From assembly GCF_963921235.1 (NCBI RefSeq), contig NC_086097.1, forward strand, positions 89,716,001 to 89,780,000: a stretch of 64,000 nucleotides of DNA, in the 5' to 3' direction. This document shows positions 48,461 through 60,738 of this stretch, piece by piece. The position numbers were made by a program, and so were the translations under genes. Under the pieces are notes generated by a model, which saw only the letters and a program-made list of their open reading frames with translations, made no database searches and was not told where the DNA came from. Within the stretch, counting starts at the first letter, position 1. Each line of letters begins with the position of its first letter. Source of the stretch: Mobula hypostoma. Lineage: Eukaryota.

Positions 48461-48562
48461 TGAATAGAGAACAGGATCTTTCATTGTGGGGATAACAGAC
48501 TGATTGGGGAGGGTGGAGGGGGCAGAGAGATTGCATTGGGAAAGTGATGGGGAGAACCGGAT

Positions 48563-48850
48563 GGGCAGCTCAGTAGTGTAATGGTTGGCACAAAACTTTA
48601 CAGTACTACCAGCGACCAGGGTTCAATTCCCGCTGCTGCCTGTAAGGAGTTTGTACGTTCTCCCTGTGACCACGTGAATTTCCTTGGGGTGCTCTGGTTT
48701 CCTCCTGCAGTCCAAAGATGTACCGGTTAGTAGGTTAATTGATGGCCATTGTAAATTATCATTGTGAATTAGATAGGGGGATTGCCGGGAGGTAGCTGGA
48801 GAGCCGGAAGGGTCTGTTCCACGTCAATGTCAAAAAAATAAATTAAATTG
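48563..48850 (+). mobile_element. tRNA-derived HE1/V-type SINE, near full length
   Basis: A-box-like TAGTGTAATGG, B-box GGTTCAATTCC, V core GGAGTTTGTACGTTCTCCC...GGTGCTCTGGTTTCCTCC, A-rich tail. Confidence 0.85.
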
Positions 48851-49048
48851 GGACGTGTGATCTAAAACTGATGTAGCCGATCTGAGGGCAGGAGAGATCA
48901 AACTCATATCCCCTGTACCAATCTAGGCTCCTGAAAGCTAGTTCAGTCCTTTAAAAGCTACAAAATTAGATCCATAAACTAAATGAAATAGATCTACATA
49001 TTTTGTAGTTTAGAAGCAAGAGTGGTGATCTTGTAGAAACACTTTTTT

Positions 49049-49696
49049 TAGATTAGATTATGAGGACACGCAGTCCTCTTTTATCGTCATTTAGTAATGC
49101 ATGCATTAAGAAATGATACAATGTTTTTCCAGAATGATATCACGGAAACCGATGACAAACCGACTTACAAAAACTAACAAAAACCACATAATTATAACAT
49201 ATAGTTACAACAGCGCAAAAAAATACCGTAATTTGATAAGAACGGACCATGGCACGGTAAAAGTCTCAAAGTCTCTCAAAAGTCCCATCATCTCACGCAG
49301 ATGGTAAATCTCCAGCGCCGCCAACTTGCTGATGCAGCATAATGGAAGCATCCGACCATAGTCCGATTCCGAGTCCGTCCGAAAACTCCGAGCCTCTGAC
49401 CAGCTCTCCAACACTGAGCACCAAGCACCATCTCTGCCGAATGCCTCGAGCCTGGCCCCAGCAACAGGCAATAGGCAAGGCCGAGGATTTGGGGCCTTCC
49501 CTCCGGAGATTCTCGATCACACAGTAGCAGCGGCAGTGAAGCAGGCATTTCAGAAGTTACTCCAGGTGTTCCTCCGTGCTTCTTCACATCTGTCTCCATC
49601 AAATCTGGATTGTGCATGGCCCCCTAGTTAACACATAATTGATATTCATTCGGAACAGCCGCGCACGCTGTGTGGCGCCGCCATCTTCTCCTCCCT
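49049..49696 (-). mobile_element. Non-coding retroposed family copy ((TAATC)n tail, AAGATGGCGGC start)
   Basis: High similarity to 59441-60138 and 23325-23850. Confidence 0.88.
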
Positions 49697-49914
49697 AGGT
49701 TTAAGACCTTTAGAGGGGATCCCAATGAAGGAATCTTGAATGAGGGAATAGAATTACGATTATGGGGCATTTAAGTTTGAGGTGTGTAGGAGAGGGTGGT
49801 GGAACTCTGAAATGATCTACACCAGAATGTGACAGAAGCTGGATCACTGACAATATTTAAAGAAAAGGAAAGTATGTGTTGGAAGGTCAGGGATTTAGCA
49901 CAGCAGAGAAGAAA

Positions 49915-51225
49915 AGAAAAAAACGGATGGTAGTTTGTCTCCCAGGTGTCAGGGTCAGAGATGTTTCTGGACATGTTCACGATATCCTGAAAAGGGAAGG
50001 TGAGCAGCCAGAGGTTGTGGTACATATTGGTACCAATGACACAGGAAGAAAAAGGGAGGCGGTCTTGAAAACAGAATACAGGGAGTTAGGAAGGAAGCTG
50101 AGAAGCAGGACCTCAAAGGTAGTAGTCTCGGGCTTTTTCTGCTTGGCTGCCAGTGACTAGTGATGTTCCTCAAGGGTCAGTATTGAGACCACTACTTTTC
50201 ACATTGTTAGTTAATGTTTTGATCTTTGGTGGCTTTGCGGATGATACGAAGATAGGCGGAGGCGTAAGTAGAGCTGAGGAAGCAATGCAATTGCAGCAGG
50301 ACTTAGACCTAGACGCATAGAAAACCTAGAGCACAATACATGCCCTTTGGCCCACAATGCTGCACTGAACATGACAAAATGGAAGAATGGACAAAAAGTG
50401 GCAGATGGAATATTGTGTTGGGAAATGTATGATAATGCATTTTGGTAAAAGGAACAATAGTGCAGACTATTATCTAAATGGGGAGAAGGTTCAAACATCA
50501 GAGATGCAAAAGAACTTAGAAGTCCTTGTCCAAGACTCCCAGGAGGTTAATTTACAGGTTGAGTCTGTGGTAAAGAAGGCAAATGCAATGTTGGCATTTA
50601 TTTCAAGGGGAATAGAATATAAAAGCAAGGAGATAATGCTGAGCCTATATAAGACACTGGTCAGGCTGCACGGAGTATTGTCAACAGTTTTGGGCCCCAT
50701 ATCTCAGAAAGGATGTGTTGTCATTGGAGAGAGTGCAGAGGAGGTTCATGAGGATGATTCCAGGAATGAAGGGGTTAACATAAGAGGAGCATTTGACAGC
50801 TTTGGGCCTGTACTCACTGGAATTTAGAAGAATTTGGGGGGAATCTCATTGAAACCTACCGAATGTTGAAAGGACTAGATAGGGTGGATGTGGAGAGGGT
50901 ATTTCCAATGGTGGAGGTATCCAGAACTAGAGGGCACACCCTCAAAATTGGGGGGGCAATCTTTTAGAACAGAGGTCAGGAGGAATTTAGCCAGAGAGTA
51001 GTAAATCTGTGTTCTGCTCTACCACAAACTGCGGTGGAGGCCAAGTCTGTGGGTATGTTTAAGATGAAAGTTGATAGTTTCCTGATTGGTCAGGGCATCG
51101 GAGGATATGACAAGAAGGCAGGTGTATGGGATTGAGTGGGATCTGGGATCAGCCATGATGGAATGGCGAAGCAGACTCGATGGGCTGAATGGCCTAATTC
51201 TGCTCCTATTGTCACATGGTCTTAT
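49915..51225 (+). mobile_element. CR1 LINE: ORF1 SGNH-esterase fragment (49915-50135) joined to the ORF2 3' part
   Basis: MVVCLPGVRVRDVS...VVVHIGTND; then SDVPQGSVLRP, FADDTK, KANAMLAFISRGIEYK. Confidence 0.92.
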
Positions 51226-52089
51226 CAGGGTTGGGCAGATCAGCTGTGATTATATTGAACAGTAGGACAGGCTAGAGAGGCTGAGTGGCCCACTCCTGCC
51301 TATTCTCTTTTGTTTTTATGGAGCCTTTCACTTTAAACTGAAAGCTTTAGTTTCTGTGGAAAATCTTCAAGGTGCTGGACTTGCAACAGACACACGCAAG
51401 GGGTTTCATGGCCTGCCTAACCTTCTGCATCCCAGAACAACATGCTTCTCTTTGTTTGTTTCTCGGTGTCCTCGAACAACCTCGCCGTGACTCTGCCTCA
51501 CTGTGTTGTTTGCATCTGTTCCCCAGGTTTCAGTCTGCTAACAGCTAGCCAAAGATTATCCCTCCCCCACACCACCAGCAGTAGCACCACGCCCCGAGCT
51601 TGGAACCGAACCTTAGGCACTTGTTGACATTTGAGTGAGGGAAGAGAAGAAAAAGGCTTCCAGCTTCTGCCAGTTGTAAAGTCAACAGAGCATAAATTTC
51701 AGAGTAGCTGAGATCAGCAGAAGGTTGCCAGGAGGTCAAGGCCATAGTTAAAAGGAGTCGAAAAATGTTATTTGTTTCACTTCAGAAACAGGGCTTTGCA
51801 ATGCGGCCAACTCACTTCTCCAAACTCTGGGCACTAAGCCGTCAGCTGCTTTGAATTTACTCTCGATGGATTTAAAAAAATAATGCTGGGCTGTAAAGAT
51901 GCTCAGGGCATGCAGGCATTAAAGGGCCTTTCTGATCTCAGCACCACCCCCCCCCCCACACCATTGCCCCCTCCACCTGCATGGTCTGTGTTTACATTCA
52001 TTCTCCGAGCAAGGCCAGCACTGAGGGTTTGGGAGTGTGACCAGCAGGCTTACCAAGGGCAAAGTTCACTGCTCAGTTTTGAAGTCTGC

Positions 52090-53140
52090 CTCCCTCCCTC
52101 ACACTCCTCCACTCCACCTCATATTCCTCCATTTCACATTCCCTCCTTCACATTCCTCCCATCTTTCTTCCTTCTTTCATGCTCCTTACACTCACCCTCT
52201 GGTCCTCACACTCCCTTCCTCTTTCCCTCCAGCCTCTCTCCTGCATATTCCTCAGCTCCACCCTTTCACCCTCACATCTTCCCTTCTTTCTTTTATCCTC
52301 TCTCCCTCATTCCCTTACATTCTTCCCCTCCACCCTCCATCACTCAAGCCTTTCCTGTTTCCCTCCATCCTCTCTCCCTTCCTCCCTCCCTTCCTCCCTT
52401 CTTCTCTCTCTCAGACTCTTTTTTTTCCACCCTCTCTCCCTTATAACCACCTTCCCTCTCCATTTAGCCATATAACCATATAACAATTACAGCACGGAAA
52501 CAGGCCATCTCGACCCTTCTAGTCCGTGCTGAACTCTTACTCTCACCTAGTCCCACCGACCTGCACTCAGCCCATAACCCTCCATTCCTTTCCTGTCCAT
52601 ATATCTATCCAATTTAACTTTAAATGACAACATCAAACCTGCCTCAACCACTTCTGCTGGAAGCTCGTTCCACACAGCTACCACTCTCTGAGTAAAGAAG
52701 TTCCCCCTCATGTTACCCCTAAACTTTTGTCCTTTAACTCTCAACTCACGTCCTCTTGTTTGAATCTGCCTCACTCTCAATGGAAAAAGTCTATCCACAT
52801 CAACTCTATCTATCCCCCTCATAATTTTAAATACCTCTATCAAGTCCCCCCTCAACCTTCTACGCTCCAAAGAATAAAGACTCAACTTGTTCAACCTTTC
52901 TCTGTAACTTAGCTGATGAAACCCAGGTAACATTCTAGTAAATCTTCTCTGTACTCTCTCTATTTTGTTGACATCTTTCCTATAGTTTGGTGACCAAACC
53001 TGTACACAATACTTCAAATCTGGCCTCACCAATGCCTTGTACAATCTCATCTCCTTGCATCTTTCTCTCTCTCTCCTTCCCTTCCCTCCCTCACTCTGCC
53101 CTTCCTTCCACCCTCCCTCCTACTCCCACACTCTCCTTCA
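52090..53140. repeat. Polypyrimidine low-complexity tract split by a CR1 insertion
   Basis: CT-rich 52090-52465 and 53045-53140. Confidence 0.85.
52465..53044 (-). mobile_element. Young CR1 3' end with an uninterrupted ORF2 C-terminus
   Basis: LYKALVRPDLKYCVQVWSPNYRKD...GNFFTQRVVAVWNELP...GRWD*; CCATATAA tail repeats. Confidence 0.95.
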
Positions 53141-53827
53141 CACTTACATTGTGCTTGTCAAACGTCTTCACCTCCACTGTGGCACTGTATGTATGTGAAC
53201 TGGCTTCAGGAGCTTTGGTTACAGCCATGAAATACAACACTTCTGTGAGAATGCAAGACGATGGGAATACAACTGTGGGAGCATGAAAGTTAGATGCACA
53301 CACGGGTGGGGCCCGTGAAGAATGGAGACAAGTGATGATTGGTTCTGCTTCGGTGGTTTGAGCTGGTGCTCTGTATTCATCCACCTATTGTAACATTTCA
53401 TATCAGTGGAAGGGTATAAGAGTAGAGCAGTTGGGAAACTTGAGAGTAGATTTTCGGGGCTTTACCAAAGGGCTGTTTGCAAACAGTGCCGCCAATCGGT
53501 AGAATGTGAGGTGTGATGCAGCATGAGGGGCCCGCGCACACTAGGATAAGTATTTTAATGCTTGCTCCTTTCTGGCTTAATAAACAATTTTTTTTGTCAT
53601 TCTAAGTAAATAATTGGAGATTTGTCTTCCTGCTCAACAAAGCCGTATCTGCGAACCTTTTGACATGATGTAACATTTGGGGTAGTCAGCAAGAATATGG
53701 TGGGTGTGATAGGGAGCAAAAATGTTTAGAAGTCAGCGTAAGAAGGAAGACCCCCCCCCACCCCCCTGTGCAAAGATAACCAAGTACTGGGGTGGACTGA
53801 AACTTTGTGGGGTTTCGTAATTTGGCC

Positions 53828-54195
53828 TCGGAAAGGCAGCGTCCATTATTAAGGACCCCCAGCACCCAGGACATGCCCTTTTCTCATTGTTACCATCAGC
53901 TAGGAGATACAGAAACCTGAAGGCACACACTCAGTGATTCAGGAACAGCTTCTTTCCCTCTGCCATCCGATTCCTAAATGGACATTGAATCCGTGAACAC
54001 TACCGCACTTTTTAAATATATATTATTTCTGTTTTTGCACGATTTTTAATCTGTTCAATATACGTATACTGTAATTGATTTACTTATTTATTTAATTATT
54101 TTTTTCTTTTACATTATGGATTGCATTGAACTGCTGCTGCTAAGTTAACAAATTTCATGGCACATGCCGGTGATGATAAACCTGAACCTGATTCT
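53828..54195 (+). mobile_element. Rex1/Babar 3' end
   Basis: KAASIIKDPQHPGHALFSLLPS.RRYRNLK; matches 25820-26320. Confidence 0.9.
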
Positions 54196-54209
54196 GGTAG
54201 ACCATGGTG

Positions 54210-56695
54210 CACTGGTGGATTGAATGGACAAGCTGGACCACCCCCCACCCCCCTGCACCACTGAGGAGTCAAGATAGGTCAATGGCTTGTGTCTGTAGGA
54301 AAGGGATTAAGGTTCTGAGGCATGAGGCCAGAGACAAGCTTTCTTGCTACTGGCGGCTACCATAAAACAACATGAGACAATCCCACGGGTCTTGCCATTG
54401 GGTCTTGCAGAGGTTGGAATGTGTAGGCGGAGCTCATAACCGAGTGAGGAAGATAGGAAAACAGAAGGGAGGGAGTAATCCATCTGACCTGTAAGGAAAT
54501 GCTATTGGCCCTGCTCAAGTCAGGTACCCTGAAGGAACAGGTGGACAGGATACCTACCCCTTACTGTATTTGCGTAGCAGAAAGACCATCGTCAAAACAA
54601 GAAGGAAGAGGAGTTGCAGCGGGCGGGCAGGAAGTCCAGCTGATTCTTCCTTATACCCCGCCCTTGAGGCTTTGCACAAAGCCCTTAGAAACCTGCCTCA
54701 GCAGGTCTCTAGCAGCAGTTGGCCCCTCCCACCTGCCCTCATAGAGGTGTGGCCAGGACTCCCGGCATATATTCTCAACGACCCTCTCCCAGCTCGGAGA
54801 CCCGAGACCTTACGTACTGACTGTGACGCCAAGCACACTGACTCTGACAGGTGGGAGGGAACCCGGGTGATGACAGGAGGAACAGGCGGGTCACTCACCT
54901 TGGCCCAGCTGGTTACTCAAGGGTGGCTATTGGCTGAGAACAATAGTCAGTGCTGGTCACAGCATCCCCTGGGGACGCTCTGCCTATCAATGTCCCTGCA
55001 GACCAATAGGGGCCATTTTACTTTTGGGGTGGTGGGACATCAAGCAGAACCAAGTTGGTGAACATCAAGCAGTACCACATCTCGGGTGGCACCAGGGAGA
55101 TCAGGAAACAGTGGAAACACTGTTGAAGGAGAGATTTTTCGGGCTGGCAACATCTTCCCTGCACCCCCCTCCCATTAATAGCCCAGTGCAGCCTGTGTGG
55201 AAGGGGATAGAGAATGGTAAATGACGATAGACTTTCGGCAAGTGAATAAGCACACACTACCCATTACAGCCGCTGTCCCAGATGTAGTGACCATTGTAGA
55301 GGACATAAAGGACAGGGAGTGGAAGCATTAATATCTGTAGTGGATTTGGCCAATGCTTTCTTTTCCATTCCCCTGGCCCTAAGACTGCATGCGTTACCTT
55401 TGGAATTACAGGTCTCTGCCACGTCTCCAGTGGCTGACCGGAGTCTGTGGCTGCGTATGAAAAGACATTGGGTCCCCTTGGGGTTTTGGATTGAGACCCT
55501 TCCTGAGGTTGCAATCAGATACACCCTCTTCTGAGAGACTGCTCTTCGCCTGTTAGTGGACTCTCTTCGTCACTGAGCGTCAGATAGGCTTGGAGACGGC
55601 CGACCTGTGACACCACCTACCCATTAGAAAATGGGTAAAATAAAGAAGGCCGAGCTCAGAGCTCTTCTGTAGATACAAGTTGCCTAATGTGCCAGCAGGT
55701 GAAGCCAAGGGGATGCTGGTGGGCTCCTGGGGACAAATCTGGAGAGGCACAGGGCAAGATTATGCCAAGTGGACAGCATGACCTACAGGTCAGGGAGGGT
55801 CCCTGAATTCCCAACATTTGGCAGTTTTTAACTCCTCCTCCAAAAAAGCAGAGGAGGTGGAATTGGAAGGCAGTCAAAGAAGGTATGGGTACCACAACCA
55901 ACTGGGCTGCCAGAGAGGGGGAAGATTGTAGCACAGGGACTGGTCAATATGAGGTGGGTGGTGCTTTCAGAAGAATAGGGACTAGTGTGTCTGAATGTCC
56001 AATGACTAAATAAAAGACAGAGATGGTGTGCTTCTTTACACTGCAGAAATGACCCCAACATTGCTGCAGCTGCCCACCAGAACAGCCATGGAGATCCGTA
56101 AGGCACCATCAACCAATGTCTCCGAATGTCATACGAATATGCTTGTCATCCGAACATATCAGTGTCGGATTCAAACGCACTCAGGCATGGGAGCATGGGT
56201 CCCTGTCCCTCTGGATGACACAGAATACTGGGCATGGAATGAATCTGCCATGAACCTGTCACCTCAGACTGTTGGTGGGGCTGGAACAGGGAGCCCGTTA
56301 AAGGGATGGTGTGTCAGGATATTATCAGAGTCAGACCCAAGTGTCAACATTGAATCTAATGCAGTGATCCAGCTATAATTGCCATTGCCATGATGATGAA
56401 CAGTTTCTGATGGTGAGTAGCTCGTTAACCTCTATGCACCTGAAGGTATGAAGCTCTGCAGTGCTACTACTGTGGGAACATGCTGTTTGATTGCCATGTT
56501 GAATGGCACATACCGGGTATGTGGCTCCTGGGGCTGCCCCTGCCTTCCCACCGGCTGTTCTGGCTGCTGCTGCCTGGGGTATGTCGTGCTGTATGTGTCT
56601 GATGTTGACGATCTGGCTGACCACCCGACACACAAGTCGAAACATCAGAAAAGGGGTATCCCAGGGGCCGATCGGTTCTGGATGATTTGCTTTTC
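54210..56695 (+). mobile_element. Decayed endogenous retrovirus: class III (ERV-L-like) pol remnants plus env remnant
   Basis: VNIKQYHISGG (~55060), NSPVQPVWK, TIDFRQVNKHTLPITAAVPDVVTIVEDI, VVDLANAFFSIPL, LELQVSA..ADRSLW..WVPLGFW; env NGTYRVCG..CLPTGCSGCCCLGYVV...HQKR/GIPGADRFWMI. The 5' boundary is uncertain. Confidence 0.82.
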
Positions 56696-56830
56696 TCCTG
56701 ATGAAAGGTCTCAACTCGAAATGTCATCTGTTTATTGCCCTCCATACATGCTGCCTGACTTGCTGAGTTCCTCCAACATTTTGTGTATGTTGCTCATGAT
56801 TTCCAGCTTCTGCAGAATCTCTCATGTTTG
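56695..56830 (+). mobile_element. Penelope terminal fragment at the point where the ERV env ends
   Basis: CCTGATGAAAGGTCTCAACTCGAAATGTC...ATGCTGCCTGACTTGCTGAGTTCCTCC. Confidence 0.8.
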
Positions 56831-56999
56831 TAAACTCCCTTATATTCCTTCTCCCTACTTCCATAACACTCTCCTTCTACCCCTTACACTTCTTCACTCT
56901 CCAGACTCTAACATTTTTTCTCATTTACTCTTTCCCTTCACTCACAGCCTTTCACCATCCCTCCCTCGCACACTCTCTCCCTCTTTCACTCATGGACTT

Positions 57000-57660
57000 C
57001 CTTAAGAATTTGCAGAGATTCATCACGACATCTAAAACTTCGACAAACTTCTATAGATGTGTAGTGAACAGTATACTGACTGGCTGCAGAACAACTTGAT
57101 ATGGAAACACCAATACTTTTGAATGGAAAATCCTACAAAACGTAGTGGATATGGTAGGTAAAGACATCGTAGGAAAAGCCCTCCAACCATTGAGCACATC
57201 TACATGAAACGCTGTGGCAGGAAAGCAGCATCCATCATCAGTGACCTCCACCATCTAGGACATGCTCTACCATCAGGAAGAAGGTAGAGGAGCCTCAGGA
57301 CTCACACCACCAGGTTCAGGAACAATTATTACCCCTCAACCATCAGTCTCTTGAACCAAGAGGATAACTTCTCTCAATATCACTTGCCCCATCACTGAAA
57401 TGTTCCTACAACCTATGGACTCACTGTCAAGGATTCTTCATTTCATGTTCTCGATATTCATTGTTTATTTGTTTATTATAATTATTTCTCCTTTTTGTAT
57501 TTGCTCAGTTTGTTGTCTTTTGCACTCTGATTGAATGCCCTAGTTGGGCAAACTTTCATCAATTCTGTTATGGTTATTTAGATTTGTTCAGAATTCCCGT
57601 AAGAAAATGAGTCTCATGGTTGTATATGGTGACATATATGTACTTTGAACTTTGAACTTC
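57000..57660 (+). mobile_element. Rex1/Babar 3' end with long 3' UTR
   Basis: FLKNLQRF..NFYRCVVNSILTGC, SGRR.RSLRTHTTRFRN.YYP; tail (ACTTTGA)n. Confidence 0.88.
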
Positions 57661-58674
57661 CCATCTCTCCCATACTTTCCCTCCTTCGTACTCTCTGTCC
57701 TTCTCTCCCTCACATTCCCTCTCTGACAGTTCATCCTTCCAGCAAAGTAATGAACAGAACAATTTAGCCCATTTTGTTTTTGCGCTGATTTAAGATGATC
57801 TGCTCAACCGAATCCAGCCTTCCAGCAGCCCGCAGGTCCACAGGACAGTATACTGTGTAACACTGCTGGTAGTAAGCTCCAGATCCCTACCACCCTCTGG
57901 ATATACTGCTATCCTTGCGCAATTCTTTTTTACAGTATTTATTGTTATATTCATTATTACAATGTATACTGTTTAGCTTCATGCAAGTGAAGTATTTCAT
58001 TGCACCCCGATGTATATCGTAATAAACTAATCTGAATCTGAAAAGTATTTCCTCATCTCTCTTCTAATTCTTCCGTCTATTGCTTTAAATCTCTGGCTCC
58101 TGGTATTGAAAATAAATAGGAAGGACCTACAAGGGTCCCAATATTTTCTATATGAAATTCACTTCTCCACTCAACTTTTCCAAAGGGAACAATCTCTACC
58201 TACCTAACCTTTCCTCATAGCTGCAGTATTCTTGTCCTAATTACATCCTCATAAATCTCCTCCAAAACTCTATCCAATACAGTCTCGTGTTTTCCTCTCA
58301 TGTCTTGAATAGAAGTGTATATTGTGCTTAAGCTGTAGCCTAGTTGATGTTGCATACAGTGCTAGCATAACCCCTCATATTCTATGATTAAAACAGAAAG
58401 TGCTGGAAGAACTCAGCCGTTAACTGTTCCACTTGCCACAGACACCATCTGACCTGCTGAGTGTTTCCAGCATTTTCTGTTTCAGATTCTCAGAATCTGC
58501 TGTCTTGTTTTGATTGCCTCACATGTTTCATGTCTTGAGTAATAAAGGAAAGAGTTTCATCTGTCATATCTGCCAGTCCTGCTACCTCTGCAGGTCTATG
58601 AACACATGCACCACACTGATCCTCTGAACCGCTCAAGGACATGGTATGTTCTCCTGCCTCATACTTCTCTAGAT

Positions 58675-58746
58675 CAGGAGTTCCCAACCTTGTGTCATGG
58701 TAGGACCCCTTACCATGAACCAAGGAGTCCAGATTAGGAACCTTTG
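58675..58746. mobile_element. 72-bp hAT/Charlie-type MITE
   Basis: CAGGAGTTCCCAA...TTAGGAACCTTTG ends; 8-bp TSD CTCTAGAT (58667-58674, 58747-58754), the NTCTAGAN Charlie target. Confidence 0.82.
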
Positions 58747-59097
58747 CTCTAGATTAACCTGCATTTGCCATTTTCCTCCCAAGCTGACCAAACAATTTGC
58801 ATCTTTCTGTGGTCTAAAGCTTTTCCCCTCTCTACCAACCATGTGGACAAGCCTTCACTCTACCCCCAGGATGAACTACTTTTATTGTATAAAAACACAC
58901 CTGCTTCTTTTACATTTAATGTTGTGTTTGTGTGGACATCTGAACATCTAATATTTGAAGATTCTTGTCTTCAATTCACAGTTATTAGTATATACAAACA
59001 GAAATTAGGAGCGGCTATGGGGAACTCTATCCCTCAAGAATGCACCTGCATCTTATTGCTTGGTGTTGATCTGAATGTAATTTCATTCTGATCGAGT

Positions 59098-59401
59098 ATA
59101 GGCATCCTTTTATAGGCATCCGTTAGTCTTGTGAGACCATGGATTTGCGCCTTGGAAGGTTTTCAGGGCGCAGGCCTGGGAAAGGTTGTATGGAAGACCA
59201 GCAGTTGCCCGTGCTGCAAGTCTCCCCTCTCCAAGCCACCGATGTTGTCCAAGGGAAGGGCATTAGGACCCATACAGCTTGGCATTGGTGTCGTCGCAGA
59301 GCAATGTGTGGTTAAGTGCCTTGCTCAAGGACACAACACGCTGCCTCAGCCAAGGCTCGAACTAGCGACCTTTAGATTACTAGACGAATGTCTTAACCAC
59401 T
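59098..59401 (-). mobile_element. tRNA-derived CORE-type SINE, slightly 5'-truncated
   Basis: Minus AGTGGTTAAG...AGTTCGAGCC head, TGTGTCCTTGAGCAAGGCACTTAACC core, GGATGCCTAT tail repeat; 9-bp TSD TGATCGAGT (59089-59097, 59402-59410). Confidence 0.85.
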
Positions 59402-59440
59402 TGATCGAGTGCTGCTTGTAGTTTTGTCACCACATTTATC

Positions 59441-60138
59441 AGATTAGATTAGGTTATTACATTATGAGGACATACAGTCCTCGTTTATTGTCATTTAGTA
59501 ATGCATGCATTAAGAAATGATACAATGTTCCTCCAGTATGATATCACAGAAACACAAGACAGACCAAGATTAAAAATATTGACAAAAACCACATAATTAT
59601 AACATATAGTTACAACAGTGCAAAGCAATACCGTAATTTGATGAAGAACAGACCATGGGCACGGTAAAAAAAAGTCTCAAAGTCTCTCGTAAGTCCCATC
59701 ATCTCACGCAGACAGTAGAAGGAAGAAAACTCTCCCTGCCATGAGCTTCCAGCGCTGCAAACTTGCCGATGCAGCATCCTGGAAGCACCCGACCACAGCC
59801 GACTCTTGAGTCCGTCTGAAAACTTCGAGCCTCTGACCAGCCCTCTGACACCGAGCACCGAGCACCATCTCTGCCGAGTGCTTCAACCCCGGCCCCGGCC
59901 GCCAAGCCACAGGCAAAGCCAAGGATTTGGGGCCTTCCCCTCCGGAGATTCTCAATCGCACAGTAGCAGCGGCAACGAAGCGGGCATTTCAGAAATTTCT
60001 CTACATGTTCCTCCATGCGTCTCACGTCTGTCTCCATCAAATCAGGATTGTGCATGGCATCCTACTTGACAAATACAGATATCATTCACCAGAGAGGCCG
60101 CGCGCGCTGCGTCGCGCCGCCATCTTCTCCTCTCCTCC
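59441..60138 (-). mobile_element. Apparently full-length copy of the ~690-bp non-coding retroposed family
   Basis: Minus start GGAGAGGAGAAGATGGCGGCGCGACG; AATAAA and (TAATC)n tail. Confidence 0.88.
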
Positions 60139-60179
60139 TGAGTATTAACTGTGAAATGTTGTTCATTCTCCTTATCTAC

Positions 60180-60738
60180 ACGCAGTTGCTACTTTATAAG
60201 TGCCCCCTGTAGAAGAGCATCTGTGTTCAGAGATGCCCTTCTACACAGCACTGCTGTAACGTGTGGTTGAGTTACTGATGTCCTCCCGTCAGCTTGAACC
60301 AGTCTGGCCATTCTCCTCTGACCTTTTTCAGTAACAAGACATTTTCACCCACAGAACTGCTGCCCACTGGATGTTTATTTGTTTTTCCCACTGTTCTCTG
60401 TAAACTCTAGCAGGGGTTCCCAAACTTTTTATGGCATCAAGCAAGGGGTCTGTGGACTCCAGGTTGGGAACCTCTGCTCTAGAGACTGGTGCATGTGAAA
60501 ATAATTGGAGATCAGCAATTTCTCAGATATTCAAAACACTCCGTCAGGCACCCACAACCATACCAGGGTCAAAGTCACATTTCTTCCCCATTCTGATGTT
60601 TGGTCCGAACAACAACTGAATCTCTTGACCATGTTTACATGCTTTTATGGATTGAGTTGCTGCCACGTGGTTGACTGACTAGATATTTGCATTAACGAGC
60701 AGGTGTGCAGGTGTACCTAATAAAGTGGCCACTGAGTA
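60180..60738. mobile_element. Tc1-like MITE with a nested hAT MITE (60411-60476)
   Basis: Matches 42304-42840, which lacks the CAGGGGTTCCCAA...TTGGGAACCTCTG insert at its CTAGAG site. Confidence 0.8.

Noticed and set aside
48563..48640. tRNA gene
   Set aside because: The A/B-box head continues into a SINE core and tail, and no complete cloverleaf is evident.
51883..52483. Long Pro/Ser/Leu/Phe-rich ORFs (187, 148 and 98 aa)
   Set aside because: Artefacts of a polypyrimidine tract that cannot encode stop codons.
56448..57005. 185-aa Cys-rich ORF as a host gene
   Set aside because: Chimeric read-through of the env remnant, a Penelope end and low-complexity DNA.
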